Positions 19,036-27,648 are shown, counted from the first letter of the stretch. The stretch is DNA of 55,708 nucleotides from Actinomycetota bacterium (GCA_016781105.1 JADDRA010000038.1:1-55708), one strand, 5' to 3'. A program made the numbers and translations. Notes: generated by a model from the sequence alone, not told the origin.

Positions 19036-19140
19036 GTGCTTTGCGGCTGGCGTGCTCGATGTCGCCCTCGCTGCTCGGCGGCGCGTGAGGGAACTCGTAC
19101 CGGGGCGTCACCGCTGCACAGCCGTGCGCTCGGACCGGTG

Positions 19141-19418
19141 TCAAGACGCGGGCAAGCGAGCTCGCAGCTCGTAGTACTCCGGGTAGTCGCGACCGCGGTC
19201 GTCAAGAGAGATCTCCGGTGGCAGGCTCGTGGCCGGCCGTGGTCGAGGAGAAGCGCGACCGACTCCTGCACGATCAGTACGGGATCGACCTCCCCGAGCT
19301 GGAGGTCATCGATGAAGCCCGTCGACACACTGACGCGACGGCTCGTGGTGAGCGTTCCTTCCTCCACCTGGACACCGAAGTGGCCGGGCTCCATCTCGGT
19401 GACGGCGATGTCGGTCAT
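19141..19418 (-). pseudogene. Small conserved-looking ORF interrupted by frameshift(s)
   Basis: MTDIAVTEMEPGHFGVQVEEGTLTTSRRVSVSTGFIDDLQLGEVDPVLIVQESVALLLDH continues sensibly only in another frame (PATSLPPEISLDDRGRDYPEYYELRARLPAS, stop at 19141). I recall similar small actinobacterial proteins, but the family is not firmly identified. Confidence 0.3.
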
Positions 19419-19679
19419 TGAGGGGCCGGTCGAGGATCGGCATGGAGGATCAGGACCATGGTCGGCCATCGCCAAGGCCGCCCATCGGTCCCTCCAACCT
19501 CGCGTGCACGAGGGCGGCGTCGTGTCGGGCATCGAGACTGAGCACGAGCACCCCTTCGAGGCAGGGCGAGCATGACCGCCTCGTCGAGCGCCGCTTGGTG
19601 GATTCGCTCGGCGGGCTGGGACCCGGGGCCAGCTCTGTCCGGGAACGGAACGTGTCAAGGCCTGTGAGACAACTTCTTC

Positions 19680-20570
19680 TCATGCGGATCTGATGAGTGC
19701 CTCGGCAGTCGGCTCGTTGATCCAGGCGACAGTGGGGAGCTTCGGGGGCGACGGTGGCCGGTGCCGGAAGCGGCCGGGGTTGGCGGCGTAGACGGCGTCG
19801 AGGGTGGCGGCCCGCTGGGCACGGATGTCGCCGGCGGTGCCGTAGTGGACCGACGCGGGCGTATGCAGACCGATGCCGGCGTGGCGGTGGACGTGGTTGT
19901 AGTGGTCGAAGAACACCGAGCAGAACGCCCGGGCGTCCTCGATGGAGCCGAAGCGGCCGGGGAACGCCGGGCAGTACTTGAGGGTCTTGAAGTTGGCCTC
20001 GCTGAACGGGCTGTCGTTGCTCACGTGCGGACGGCTGTCGCTGCGGGCCACGCCGAGGTCGACGAGCAGCTGGGTGACCGGCTTGGAGGTCATCGACGTG
20101 CCCTGGTCGGCGTGGAGGCTGAGCTGGTCACGCCCGATGCCCTGGCGGGCCAGTGCGTCGGCGATGAAGGCCTCGGCCAGCTCGGCGGTCTCGGGCCGGC
20201 GACACCATCCAGGCCACGACATAGCGGCTGAAGATGTCGATGATCACGAACAGCTCGTAGTACACGCCGCGGGTGGGCCCTGGAGTTTCGTTCTATCCCG
20301 GGACCACACTGGTTGGTCCCCGGGCGAGGAGCTCGGGGCGCTGGCGGGCGGGATGGGTGCGCTGGCGCCGGCGCTTGCAGTTCTCCCCGGCGGCCAGGAG
20401 CCGGTACATGATCGAGATCGAGCACAAGTAGATGCCGTCGTCGGCAGCCGGGCCCACACCTGCGCCGGCGCCAGGTCGCAGTACTTCTCGGAGCGCAGCA
20501 CGGCCAAGATGCGCTGGCGCTCGGCCTCGGTGAGCTGTTGGTCGGCTCGGGCCGTCGGGAACACGGCGGT
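19680..20570 (-). mobile_element. IS3-family transposase (integrase-core OrfB) remnant, four frameshifts, OrfA missing
   Basis: The rve core and C-terminus read ADQGTSMTSKPVTQLLVDLGVARSDSRPHVSNDSPFSEANFKTLKYCPAFPGRFGSIEDARAFCSVFFDHYNHVHRHAGIGLHTPASVHYG. The upstream parts are recovered by frame hopping: QQLTEAERQRILAVLRSEKYCDLAPAQVWARL | DDGIYLCSISIMYRLLAAGENCKRRRQRTHPARQRPELLA | QPVWSRDRTKLQGP | RGVYYELFVIIDIFSRYVVAWMVS. Confidence 0.75.
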
Positions 20571-20577
20571 GTAGACC

Positions 20578-20944
20578 GTCGACTACGCGGTCCACTACGA
20601 CTTCAGCGGCTTCTTCGACCCGATACGCCCCTTGCCCAGCATGAACTCGGTGCGGGCGGGCCAGGTCGTGTCGGTGAAGTTCGTGCCTCGGAGGCGACCA
20701 GGGGCTCGACGTCCTGGCCGCGGGGTCGCCCACGTCGCACTCCATCGACTGCGCCTCGGGGACGGTGACCGGTGAGGTTGTACCGGCGGCCACGGTGGGG
20801 AACAGCGGCCTCACCTACGACCCCGAGAGCGCCCAGTACACCTACCTCTGGAAGACCGACCGGGCTTGGTCCACCAGCTGCCGCCAGCTCGTGGTCGGCC
20901 TCGACGATGGCTCGACCCACAGGGCCAACTTCGTGCTCCGCTGA
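20578..20944 (+). pseudogene. C-terminal PxKF-domain fragment (5'-truncated, one frameshift)
   Basis: YDFSGFFDPIRPLPSMNSVRAGQVVSVKF is followed, after a frameshift, by LGGDQGLDVLAAGSPTSHSIDCASGTVTG...GLTYDPESAQYTYLWKTDRAWSTSCRQLVVGLDDGSTHRANFVLR. This matches the PxKF-domain consensus as I remember it. There is no N-terminal part. Confidence 0.55.
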
Positions 20945-21232
20945 GTCGCCACGCAGCAGCGCCAGCGACCGGTCGTCGCTGGCGCTGGTGCGGGTCGTCG
21001 CTCCGCTGAAGCTCAAGGGTGGCGGCAGAGGCTCGAACGCACAAGGCGTGGTGAGCCTCGTTGCTCCTCAGCTCGTCACAACAGGCTGAACAGCAGCACC
21101 AGGACCGCCGTCACGACCAGCGAGAGCAGGAGCGAGCCGAGGCAGCCCAGGCGGTTGGAGAAGAAGAGGAACACCAGGGCAGTGTGCCCCCGACCCGGCT
21201 GGCCGACACCGGCGCTCGCCTACCCTCCGGGC

Positions 21233-22309
21233 GTGCGGATCGGCCTGGTCAGCCCCTACAGCCTGACCCTGCCCGGGGGGGTGCAAGGTCAGGTGCTCGG
21301 GCTGGCCCGGGCGCTGCGGGCCAGGGGCCACGAGGCCCGGGTGCTGGGCCCGTGCGACGGCCCCCCTCCCGAGCCGGGGGTGACGCCGCTCGGCAGCTCG
21401 ATCCCCCTGGCGGCCAACGGGTCGGTGGCGCCCATCGCCCCTTCCCCCGCCTGTGCCCTGCGCACCATCGCCGCCCTGGACGACGAGGACCTCGACGTCG
21501 TGCACCTCCACGAGCCCCTCGTCCCCGGGCCCTGCCTGACGACCCTGGTGGTGGCCGAGACGCCCCTGGTCGGCACCTTCCACGCCGCCGGCTCCAGCGC
21601 CTCCTACCGGTGGGCGGGACGGCCGCTGGGCTGGGCGGCGCGACGGTTGGCCTGGCGTTGCGCCGTGTCGCAGGCGGCGGCGGCGCTGGCCGGCACCCAC
21701 CTCGGCGGCAGCTACGAGGTGCTCGGCAACGGCGTGGAGGTCGAGCGCTTCCGGGACGTAGTACCCTGGCCGACCGAGGGTCCGACGATCCTGTTCCTCG
21801 GTCGCCACGAGCCACGCAAGGGCCTGGCCGTGTTGGTGGAGGCCCTGCGCGACCTGCCGGCCGAGGCCCGCCTGTGGGTGGCCGGCGAGGGTCCAGAGAC
21901 GGGGCGGCTGCGGGCCGCGACCGCCGGGGACCCCCGGGTGAGCTGGCTGGGCCGGGTGGGCGACCACGAGCGGGCCCGGCGCCTGCGGGGCGCCCAGGTG
22001 CTGTCCGCCCCCTCCCTCGGAGGTGAGTCCTTCGGCATCGTGCTGCTCGAGGCCATGGCCGCCGGCGCCGCCGTGGTGGCCAGCGACATCCCCGGCTACG
22101 CCGACGTCGCCCGGTCCGGGCGAGAGGCTCTGCTCGTGGCCCCCGGCGACGCCCGCGCCCTGGCCGCCGCCCTGCGGAGGGCGCTGGAGGACCGGGACCG
22201 GGCGGCCGGCCTGGTGGCGGCCGGGCGGGTCCGGGCCGAGGAGCTCTCCATGGATCGCCTGGCCGAGCGCTACCTCGAGCGCTACCAGGCGCTGGCCCGA
22301 GTCGGCTGA
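21233..22309 (+). CDS. pimA: GT4 glycosyltransferase, PimA-like (phosphatidylinositol alpha-mannosyltransferase)
   Basis: The GTG at 21233 gives VRIGLVSPYSLTLPGGVQGQVLGLARALRARGHEARVLGP, a typical PimA N-terminus. The C-terminal GT4 motif is ESFGIVLLEAMAAGAAVVASDIPGY. Its position upstream of pdxS/pdxT/yebC/ruvCAB matches actinobacterial synteny. Confidence 0.75.
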   Translation: MRIGLVSPYSLTLPGGVQGQVLGLARALRARGHEARVLGPCDGPPPEPGVTPLGSSIPLAANGSVAPIAPSPACALRTIAALDDEDLDVVHLHEPLVPGPCLTTLVVAETPLVGTFHAAGSSASYRWAGRPLGWAARRLAWRCAVSQAAAALAGTHLGGSYEVLGNGVEVERFRDVVPWPTEGPTILFLGRHEPRKGLAVLVEALRDLPAEARLWVAGEGPETGRLRAATAGDPRVSWLGRVGDHERARRLRGAQVLSAPSLGGESFGIVLLEAMAAGAAVVASDIPGYADVARSGREALLVAPGDARALAAALRRALEDRDRAAGLVAAGRVRAEELSMDRLAERYLERYQALARVG

Positions 22310-22353
22310 GTCGTTCCGATCGCCGCGACGAGAGAACGCTGAGGTGGGCCGGA

Positions 22354-23004
22354 TCAGGAGGCGTCGAGCTCGACCACGACCGCACCGCTCCCGGCGTCGG
22401 CGGTGACCCGGAAGGGGACCTCCTGGTCGACGCCGATCACCCAGGTGAGGTTGGCCTCGAAGTCGCCGGTGCGGACCACCTCGGTCACGGCGGTGGTGTC
22501 GCCGGTGGCCCGCTCGGGCCCGGTGTAGGTGGGCTCGAGGCTGCCGCCCAGATCGACGCCGGAGGCGGGCGCCATGCGGACCTCGAGGAAGGCACCGCCG
22601 GCCACCTCGACGACGTCGCCCGAGCCGTCCTGGCGCACCGGCGGATCGAGGTAGGCGACGTCGACGCCGGGCACCTGCCCATCGGCGAAGCGGAAGCGGA
22701 CCCGGTCGATCCCGGCGTCACCCCCAACCTCGACGTCGGTCAGCAGGGCCACGGACCCCTCGGCGGGGGCGGGCAAGGAGACCGGGGTGGTGGCGCCGTC
22801 GAAGGAGTCGGTGGGCGGCGCAGCCGTCGTCGACGAGCTCGGGCTCCCCGACGTCGAGGTGGTGGACTCGCTCGTGGTGGTCGACGCGGCCGTGGTGGAG
22901 GGGCCGCTGGCCACGTCGCTGGTGGTGGACTGGTCGCCGCAGGCCACCAGGGTGGCCAGTGCGACCAGCATGGGGCCGAGGAGCCGTCGTCGACGTGGGG
23001 ACAT
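22354..23004 (-). CDS. AMIN-like domain lipoprotein
   Basis: The signal and lipobox are LVALATLVACGD, followed by a Ser/Thr-rich linker. The domain pattern is ALLTDVEVGGDAGIDRVRFRFADGQVPGVDVAYLD...DGSGDVVEVAGGAFLEV...TYTGPER...GDFEANLTWVIG...FRV. Confidence 0.65.
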   Translation of the reverse strand: MSPRRRRLLGPMLVALATLVACGDQSTTSDVASGPSTTAASTTTSESTTSTSGSPSSSTTAAPPTDSFDGATTPVSLPAPAEGSVALLTDVEVGGDAGIDRVRFRFADGQVPGVDVAYLDPPVRQDGSGDVVEVAGGAFLEVRMAPASGVDLGGSLEPTYTGPERATGDTTAVTEVVRTGDFEANLTWVIGVDQEVPFRVTADAGSGAVVVELDAS

Positions 23005-23040
23005 GGGGCGGATCGTACGCCAGTCGTTGGCGGCCCCGAC

Positions 23041-23075
23041 GCGGAGAGGAGGGCCCGCAGGCCCTCCTCTGCGGC
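23041..23075 (-). terminator. Hairpin downstream of the LPXTG gene (11-bp stem, CGCA loop)
   Basis: AGAGGAGGGCC-cgca-GGCCCTCCTCT lies 14-48 nt after the stop at 23089. There is no U-tract, as is common in high-GC actinobacteria. Confidence 0.4.
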
Positions 23076-23088
23076 GCCGGACGACCGA

Positions 23089-24822
23089 TCAGCTGTTGCG
23101 CTGCTCACCCACGGGGGTGGGCTCGCTGCGCAGCACCCGGCGGACGCCCACGGCGGCGCCGGCCAGGATCACGGCCAGCATGGCCGGCAGGGCGGTGTCG
23201 GCCCCGGTGCGGGGCAGCGTGCCGTTGGCCGGGGTCACCGGCTGGGCGGGCGGGGGCACGATGTTGGGGGGCAGGGCGGCCACGGGGGTGAAGAAGCCCT
23301 CGCTCTCCATGGTGCCCACCTCGATGCCGAGGCCCTCGGTGAGGATGGACGTGACGCCCTCGAGCAGGCCGTCGAGGGCGAGCATGTCGACACCCAGGCC
23401 GAGCGGCGCGGTGTCGAGGACGTCGCTGACGACGGGAACGCCGCCTCCGACCTGCATGGCGCTGACGCCCCCGACGATGCTGGCGGGGTCGAGGCTGACC
23501 CCCAGGGTGCGCAGACCGGACAGGGCGTTGGTGTAGTTCCCGTCGGGGGCGATCGTCTCGGTGATCTCGAGGACGTCGACGTCGAGCAGGCCCTCCATGC
23601 CGAGGCCGGTGTTGAGCGTCTCGCTGATGGTGTCGCCCACGCCGGCCAGGACGTCGAGGCCCTGGGTCAGGTCCAGGTCCTCGAGCACGTCGAGGTTGGC
23701 GACCTTCAGCGAGCCGATGCTGGCGACCACGTCGGCCACCGAGGAGTCGACCGACTCGGTGGCCGTGGCCTGCATGGCGGCGCTGATGCCCTCAGCCTCC
23801 AGGAGGTTGAGGTCGTCAAGGACGGGCAGCGACCCCTCCAGGATGGGGGTCAGGAGGTCCTCGACGTTGGCGACCAGCTCACCGACGACCGGAATCGTCC
23901 CCTCGGAGTCGAGGGCGGTCGTGCACGTCTCGTCGTCGTCCATGCCGCCGCCACCGAGCACACCACCGAGCACAGGACCGGCGGCACTCTGCAGCGTGCT
24001 GCACAGCGTGTCGGTGAGCGGGGTGTCCTCACCGGTTGCGTTGAGCACGTCGAGGGAGTCGACCAGATCGGTGACCATGGTGACGACCTCGCTCGTGGCC
24101 ATGTCCTCGCCCGCGACCGGGACGCTGTCGATGCCCAGGCCCTCGAGCAGGCCGGTGATGCTGGTGGTGTCGCCCACCAGGGGCAGGCTCTCCAGGGGTG
24201 TGCCGATGCCGGAGAGCAGGTTCCCCAGGTTGAGCAGCTCCATGGAGGGGATGTTGAGGCTGCGGACGCCCCCGGCGTTGGCCGGGGCCGCGTTGGTGGT
24301 GAAGGTCACCGCCTCGGGGTTGGCGCTCATGCCGAGGAGGCCGCCGACCAGGTCGAGGTCGCCGATGCCGGCGAGCAGGCTGGAGCGGGCGCCGTTGCCG
24401 TCGACGACGGACGACAGCGCGCCGTTCAGCACGCCGCTGGCGATGGGCACGGGAATGTTGTTGCTCCCCAGGTTCTTCGACACCGACTTGCGGTCCTCGG
24501 CACCGGTGGAGCTGGTGGCCACGCTGCCGAGCGACAGCGGGTCGAGCACCGTGGAGGTCACCTTCAGGGGGTTGAACACGGCGTTGGAGATGGGCTCGCC
24601 GTCGACCGGGTCGATGGTCGAGCGGCTCTGGTCGTCGAGCAGGTCGAGGCCGAGCAAGTCGCCCACGTCGACGCCGAGCAGGGTCGAGCTGACGAGGCCG
24701 GAACCCACCCCGGTTGGGACCGCTGGCGGATCCTCCTCCTGGGCGGGAGCCGAGACCGCCAGCGGGCCGGTCAGCAACAGGGCGGCGGCGGTCGCCGCGC
24801 CAAGAACTCGCTTCATGCGCAT
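23089..24822 (-). CDS. LPXTG-anchored cell-surface protein, acidic Leu/Asp/Gly/Val-rich, function unknown
   Basis: The signal peptide is MRMKRVLGAATAAALLLTGPLAVSAPAQE. The C-terminal sorting signal is LPRTG followed by the hydrophobic ADTALPAMLAVILAGAAVGV and the basic tail RRVLR. Confidence 0.75.
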   Translation of the reverse strand: MRMKRVLGAATAAALLLTGPLAVSAPAQEEDPPAVPTGVGSGLVSSTLLGVDVGDLLGLDLLDDQSRSTIDPVDGEPISNAVFNPLKVTSTVLDPLSLGSVATSSTGAEDRKSVSKNLGSNNIPVPIASGVLNGALSSVVDGNGARSSLLAGIGDLDLVGGLLGMSANPEAVTFTTNAAPANAGGVRSLNIPSMELLNLGNLLSGIGTPLESLPLVGDTTSITGLLEGLGIDSVPVAGEDMATSEVVTMVTDLVDSLDVLNATGEDTPLTDTLCSTLQSAAGPVLGGVLGGGGMDDDETCTTALDSEGTIPVVGELVANVEDLLTPILEGSLPVLDDLNLLEAEGISAAMQATATESVDSSVADVVASIGSLKVANLDVLEDLDLTQGLDVLAGVGDTISETLNTGLGMEGLLDVDVLEITETIAPDGNYTNALSGLRTLGVSLDPASIVGGVSAMQVGGGVPVVSDVLDTAPLGLGVDMLALDGLLEGVTSILTEGLGIEVGTMESEGFFTPVAALPPNIVPPPAQPVTPANGTLPRTGADTALPAMLAVILAGAAVGVRRVLRSEPTPVGEQRNS

Positions 24823-25027
24823 GGAGGTCTCATCCGTTTCTCCCCGCCCGGGGCAGACGACACGTGCCGGAGCGGCGGGCGTGGCGTGATGGATCGGTCA
24901 CATGAGGTGTCGGGAAGCAGGAGCAGGCACTTGAGGACCGGAAGGTGTCGATCGCGTGACGATCGTGACGAGGGCGCGCAGGAGCATCCCCGCCTGGCCG
25001 AGGCGGCAGCGGTAGGGTCGCCGGAGC

Positions 25028-25576
25028 ATGACCGGCTGGATCCTGCTCGGTGTCGTCGTCGCCCTCGTCCTCGGCCTCGTCGTGCTCGCCCACGGCTTGA
25101 CGACCTGGCGACGTCGCGTCGACGCGGCCTGGACCCAGATCGAGGTGCAGCTCCGGCGCCGCCACGAGCTTGTCCCTGCCGTGATCGAGGTGGCCGCGCG
25201 CCACGCCGGCTCCGAGCGCGACCTGTTGGAGCGCCTGGCCCGAGCCCGGACCGCAGCCCTGGACGCTCGTGGCGTGGCCGAGCAGGCCGGGGCCGAGCGT
25301 GCACTCGGGGCCGCGCTGGCGTCGTTGTCCACGTCGGTCGCCGCCCGTCCCGATCTCGAGGCCGACCAGGGGTTCCTCTCGCTCCAGGAGGAGCTGAGCG
25401 GCATCGAGGGCCGTGTCGCCTACGCCCGGCGCTTCTACAACGACACCGTGGCCAGCTACAACGCGCGGATCCGCTCGTTCCCCTCCCTCCTCCTCGCTCG
25501 CCCCCTCCGCCTCGGGGCGCGAGAGCGCTTCGAGGTCGACGACGGGTCGCGGGAGCCGGCAGTGGTGTCCTCCTAG
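25028..25576 (+). CDS. lemA: LemA family protein
   Basis: An N-terminal TM helix is followed by the LemA pattern WTQIEVQLRRRHELVPAVIEVAARHAGSERDLLERL...RRFYNDTVASYNARIRSFPS. Confidence 0.85.
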   Translation: MTGWILLGVVVALVLGLVVLAHGLTTWRRRVDAAWTQIEVQLRRRHELVPAVIEVAARHAGSERDLLERLARARTAALDARGVAEQAGAERALGAALASLSTSVAARPDLEADQGFLSLQEELSGIEGRVAYARRFYNDTVASYNARIRSFPSLLLARPLRLGARERFEVDDGSREPAVVSS

Positions 25577-25581
25577 CCCGC

Positions 25582-26523
25582 CTGGCCCCACCCCCGGTCC
25601 ATCCCGAGATCGCCCTGTACGACCAGATCCGCGCCAACAAGCGCCGGTCGGCGCTGCTCGTGGTCGCCTTCGTGGTCACGGTGACGGCTGCCGGGGGGGT
25701 CACCGGCCAAGTCCTGGGCTATGGGGGGCCGGGGTTGGTGGTGGCCGCCGTCGTGGCCGGCGCCGTCGCCGTGGCCGCGTGGGGGAAGAGCGACATCGTG
25801 GTCGTGCGGGTGAGCCAGGCCCGGCCCGCCGGCGAGGTCGACTGCGCCCGCCTGCACAACCTGGTCGAGGGTCTGTGCGTCGCCGACGGGCTGCCCAAGC
25901 CGCGGCTCTACGTGGTCGACGACCGTGCTCCCAACGCCCTGGCCACCGGCCGAGACCCCCACCACGCCTCGCTGGTGGTGACGATGGGCCTGCTCGAGCG
26001 GCTCAACCGGGTGGAGCTGGAAGGGGTGCTCGCCCACGAGCTGAGCCACGTCAAGAGCTACGACATCCGGGTGACGACCCTCGCCGTCACCCTGGTGGCG
26101 GGGCCCACCTTGGTGTCCGACCTCGCTGTGCGCTGGCGGCACCGGACCGCTCCCGGTCGCCCGGACGAGCCCGAGCGCGAGCACGGTCGCATCGCGCCGC
26201 TCGGGCTGTTGGCCATCCCCCTGCTCGCCGTGGCCCCGCTGGTGGGCCGGCTGCTTCGCGTCGCCGTGGGCCCGCGCCGCGAGCTGCTGGCCGACGCGAG
26301 CGGTGTCGCCCTCACCCGCTACCCGCCCGGCCTCGTCGGGGCCCTGGAGAAGCTGCGTGAGGGTGCCACCACCGTCCGCGCCGCCACCCGGGCCACCGCC
26401 CACCTGTGGATCGCACCCCCGCTGGGGCGGGACTCGGCCGAAGGACGGGGGGTCTGGCTGGACCGGCAGTTCGACGTCCACCCGTCCCTGGAGGAGCGCA
26501 TCAGCGCCCTGCGCGAGCTGTAG
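25582..26523 (+). CDS. htpX: M48 family zinc metallopeptidase (HtpX-like)
   Basis: The HEXXH motif is LAHELSHVKSYD. TM helices are present, and the C-terminal ...HPSLEERISALREL is typical of HtpX. The start is unresolved, because there is no ATG, GTG or TTG between the lemA stop and the conserved ALYDQIRANKRRS (see finding). Confidence 0.75.
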   Translation: MAPPPVHPEIALYDQIRANKRRSALLVVAFVVTVTAAGGVTGQVLGYGGPGLVVAAVVAGAVAVAAWGKSDIVVVRVSQARPAGEVDCARLHNLVEGLCVADGLPKPRLYVVDDRAPNALATGRDPHHASLVVTMGLLERLNRVELEGVLAHELSHVKSYDIRVTTLAVTLVAGPTLVSDLAVRWRHRTAPGRPDEPEREHGRIAPLGLLAIPLLAVAPLVGRLLRVAVGPRRELLADASGVALTRYPPGLVGALEKLREGATTVRAATRATAHLWIAPPLGRDSAEGRGVWLDRQFDVHPSLEERISALREL

Positions 26524-26582
26524 GCGCCGGACCTCCCCCACCCGACGTGGCCCCGACCCGACCGCCGCGGGATACTGCCCCG

Positions 26583-27641
26583 ATGGACGCCCGCCGCATC
26601 GCTGTCGCCGCCGCCGTGGCCGTGGTCCTGCTGGGCGGGGTGGTGGCCGCCGTGATGGTGGCGGGCCAGGGGGGTGAGGAGGCGGCGCCGGCGACGACGA
26701 CCACGTCGACCACGGTGGCGCCCACGACCACCACCCCACCGCCGCCGACCTTCCCCCTCACCGGGCTCCCCGTCGCCGACCCGGCTCTGGCCGGGCGGCC
26801 GGCGCAGGTGGTCAAGGTCGACAACACCAGCAAGGCCCGGGGCCGCCAGGCCGGCCTGGCCGCCGCCGACCTGGTCTACGTGGAGCTGGTCGAGGGGGGT
26901 GCCACCCGCCTGGCTGCGGTCTTCCACTCGACCGACGCCGACCCCGTGGGTCCGGTCCGCTCGGCCCGCACCAGCGACGTCGCCCTCACGGCCAACCTGA
27001 ACCGCCCCCTGTTCGCCTACTCCGGCGCGGCAGCCGGCGTCCTCGACATCGTCCGGGGCGCGAACCTGGTCGACCTGGGCTTCGACGTCCAGCCCGGGGC
27101 CTACCAGGTGCGGGGTAGCGGCGTGCTGCGCTTCTACATCGCCAGCCCCACCTTCTTCGGCCTGGCTGCGCCGGGGGCGGGCCCGCCGCCGCCGCTGTTC
27201 GCCTACCGCGCCGGCGGTGCCGGGGTGACCGCGGCCGGGGCCGAGGACGCACGCGGCGTGACCCTGAGCTACGGCGGGTTGACCAACACCCAGGTCAGCT
27301 ACGAGGCCAGCCCGGCGGGCTGGGCCCGCAGCCAGGACGGCTCGCCCTTCACCGAGGAGTCGGGCGCCCGGATCGAACCGGCCAACGTGATCGTCCAGTT
27401 CGTCGAGTACGCCAGCTCCGGCTTCGTCGACGTCACCGGCACCCCCTCACCCGAGGCCGTGCTGGTGGGCGAGGGCGAGGCCTGGGTGCTCACCGGGGGC
27501 AAGCTGATCCGGGGCCGGTGGTCCCGGCCCGATCTGGCCGCCGCCACCACCTACACCGACAGTGCCGGCGCCCCCATCGGCCTCACCCCGGGGCGCACCT
27601 GGGTAGAGCTGGCCCCCCCGGGCTCGGCCACCCCCCTGTAG
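26583..27641 (+). CDS. DUF3048 domain-containing secreted/membrane-anchored protein
   Basis: The ATG at 26583 gives MDARRIAVAAAVAVVLLGGVVAAV as an anchor, followed by a Thr/Pro linker. The DUF3048 pattern is PLTGLPVADPALAGRPAQVVKVDNTSKARGRQAGLAAADLVYVELVEGGATRLAAVF...GPVRSARTSD. Confidence 0.8.
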   Translation: MDARRIAVAAAVAVVLLGGVVAAVMVAGQGGEEAAPATTTTSTTVAPTTTTPPPPTFPLTGLPVADPALAGRPAQVVKVDNTSKARGRQAGLAAADLVYVELVEGGATRLAAVFHSTDADPVGPVRSARTSDVALTANLNRPLFAYSGAAAGVLDIVRGANLVDLGFDVQPGAYQVRGSGVLRFYIASPTFFGLAAPGAGPPPPLFAYRAGGAGVTAAGAEDARGVTLSYGGLTNTQVSYEASPAGWARSQDGSPFTEESGARIEPANVIVQFVEYASSGFVDVTGTPSPEAVLVGEGEAWVLTGGKLIRGRWSRPDLAAATTYTDSAGAPIGLTPGRTWVELAPPGSATPL

Positions 27642-27648
27642 CCCGCCC

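Noticed and set aside
21076-21174. A possible 32-codon hydrophobic mini-ORF on the minus strand just upstream of pimA (V-FLFFSNRLGCLGSLLLSLVVTAVLVLLFSLL).
   Set aside because: It starts only at a GTG with no visible RBS. It is too short to evaluate without comparative or expression data, and it could be a chance hydrophobic reading of GC-skewed DNA.
24886-25581. An N-terminal extension of about 230 aa on the htpX ORF that overlaps lemA.
   Set aside because: It is out of frame with a clear LemA gene, and the translation is Arg/Pro-rich with no TM or protease features. The consequence, that no canonical start remains for htpX, is reported as a finding instead.
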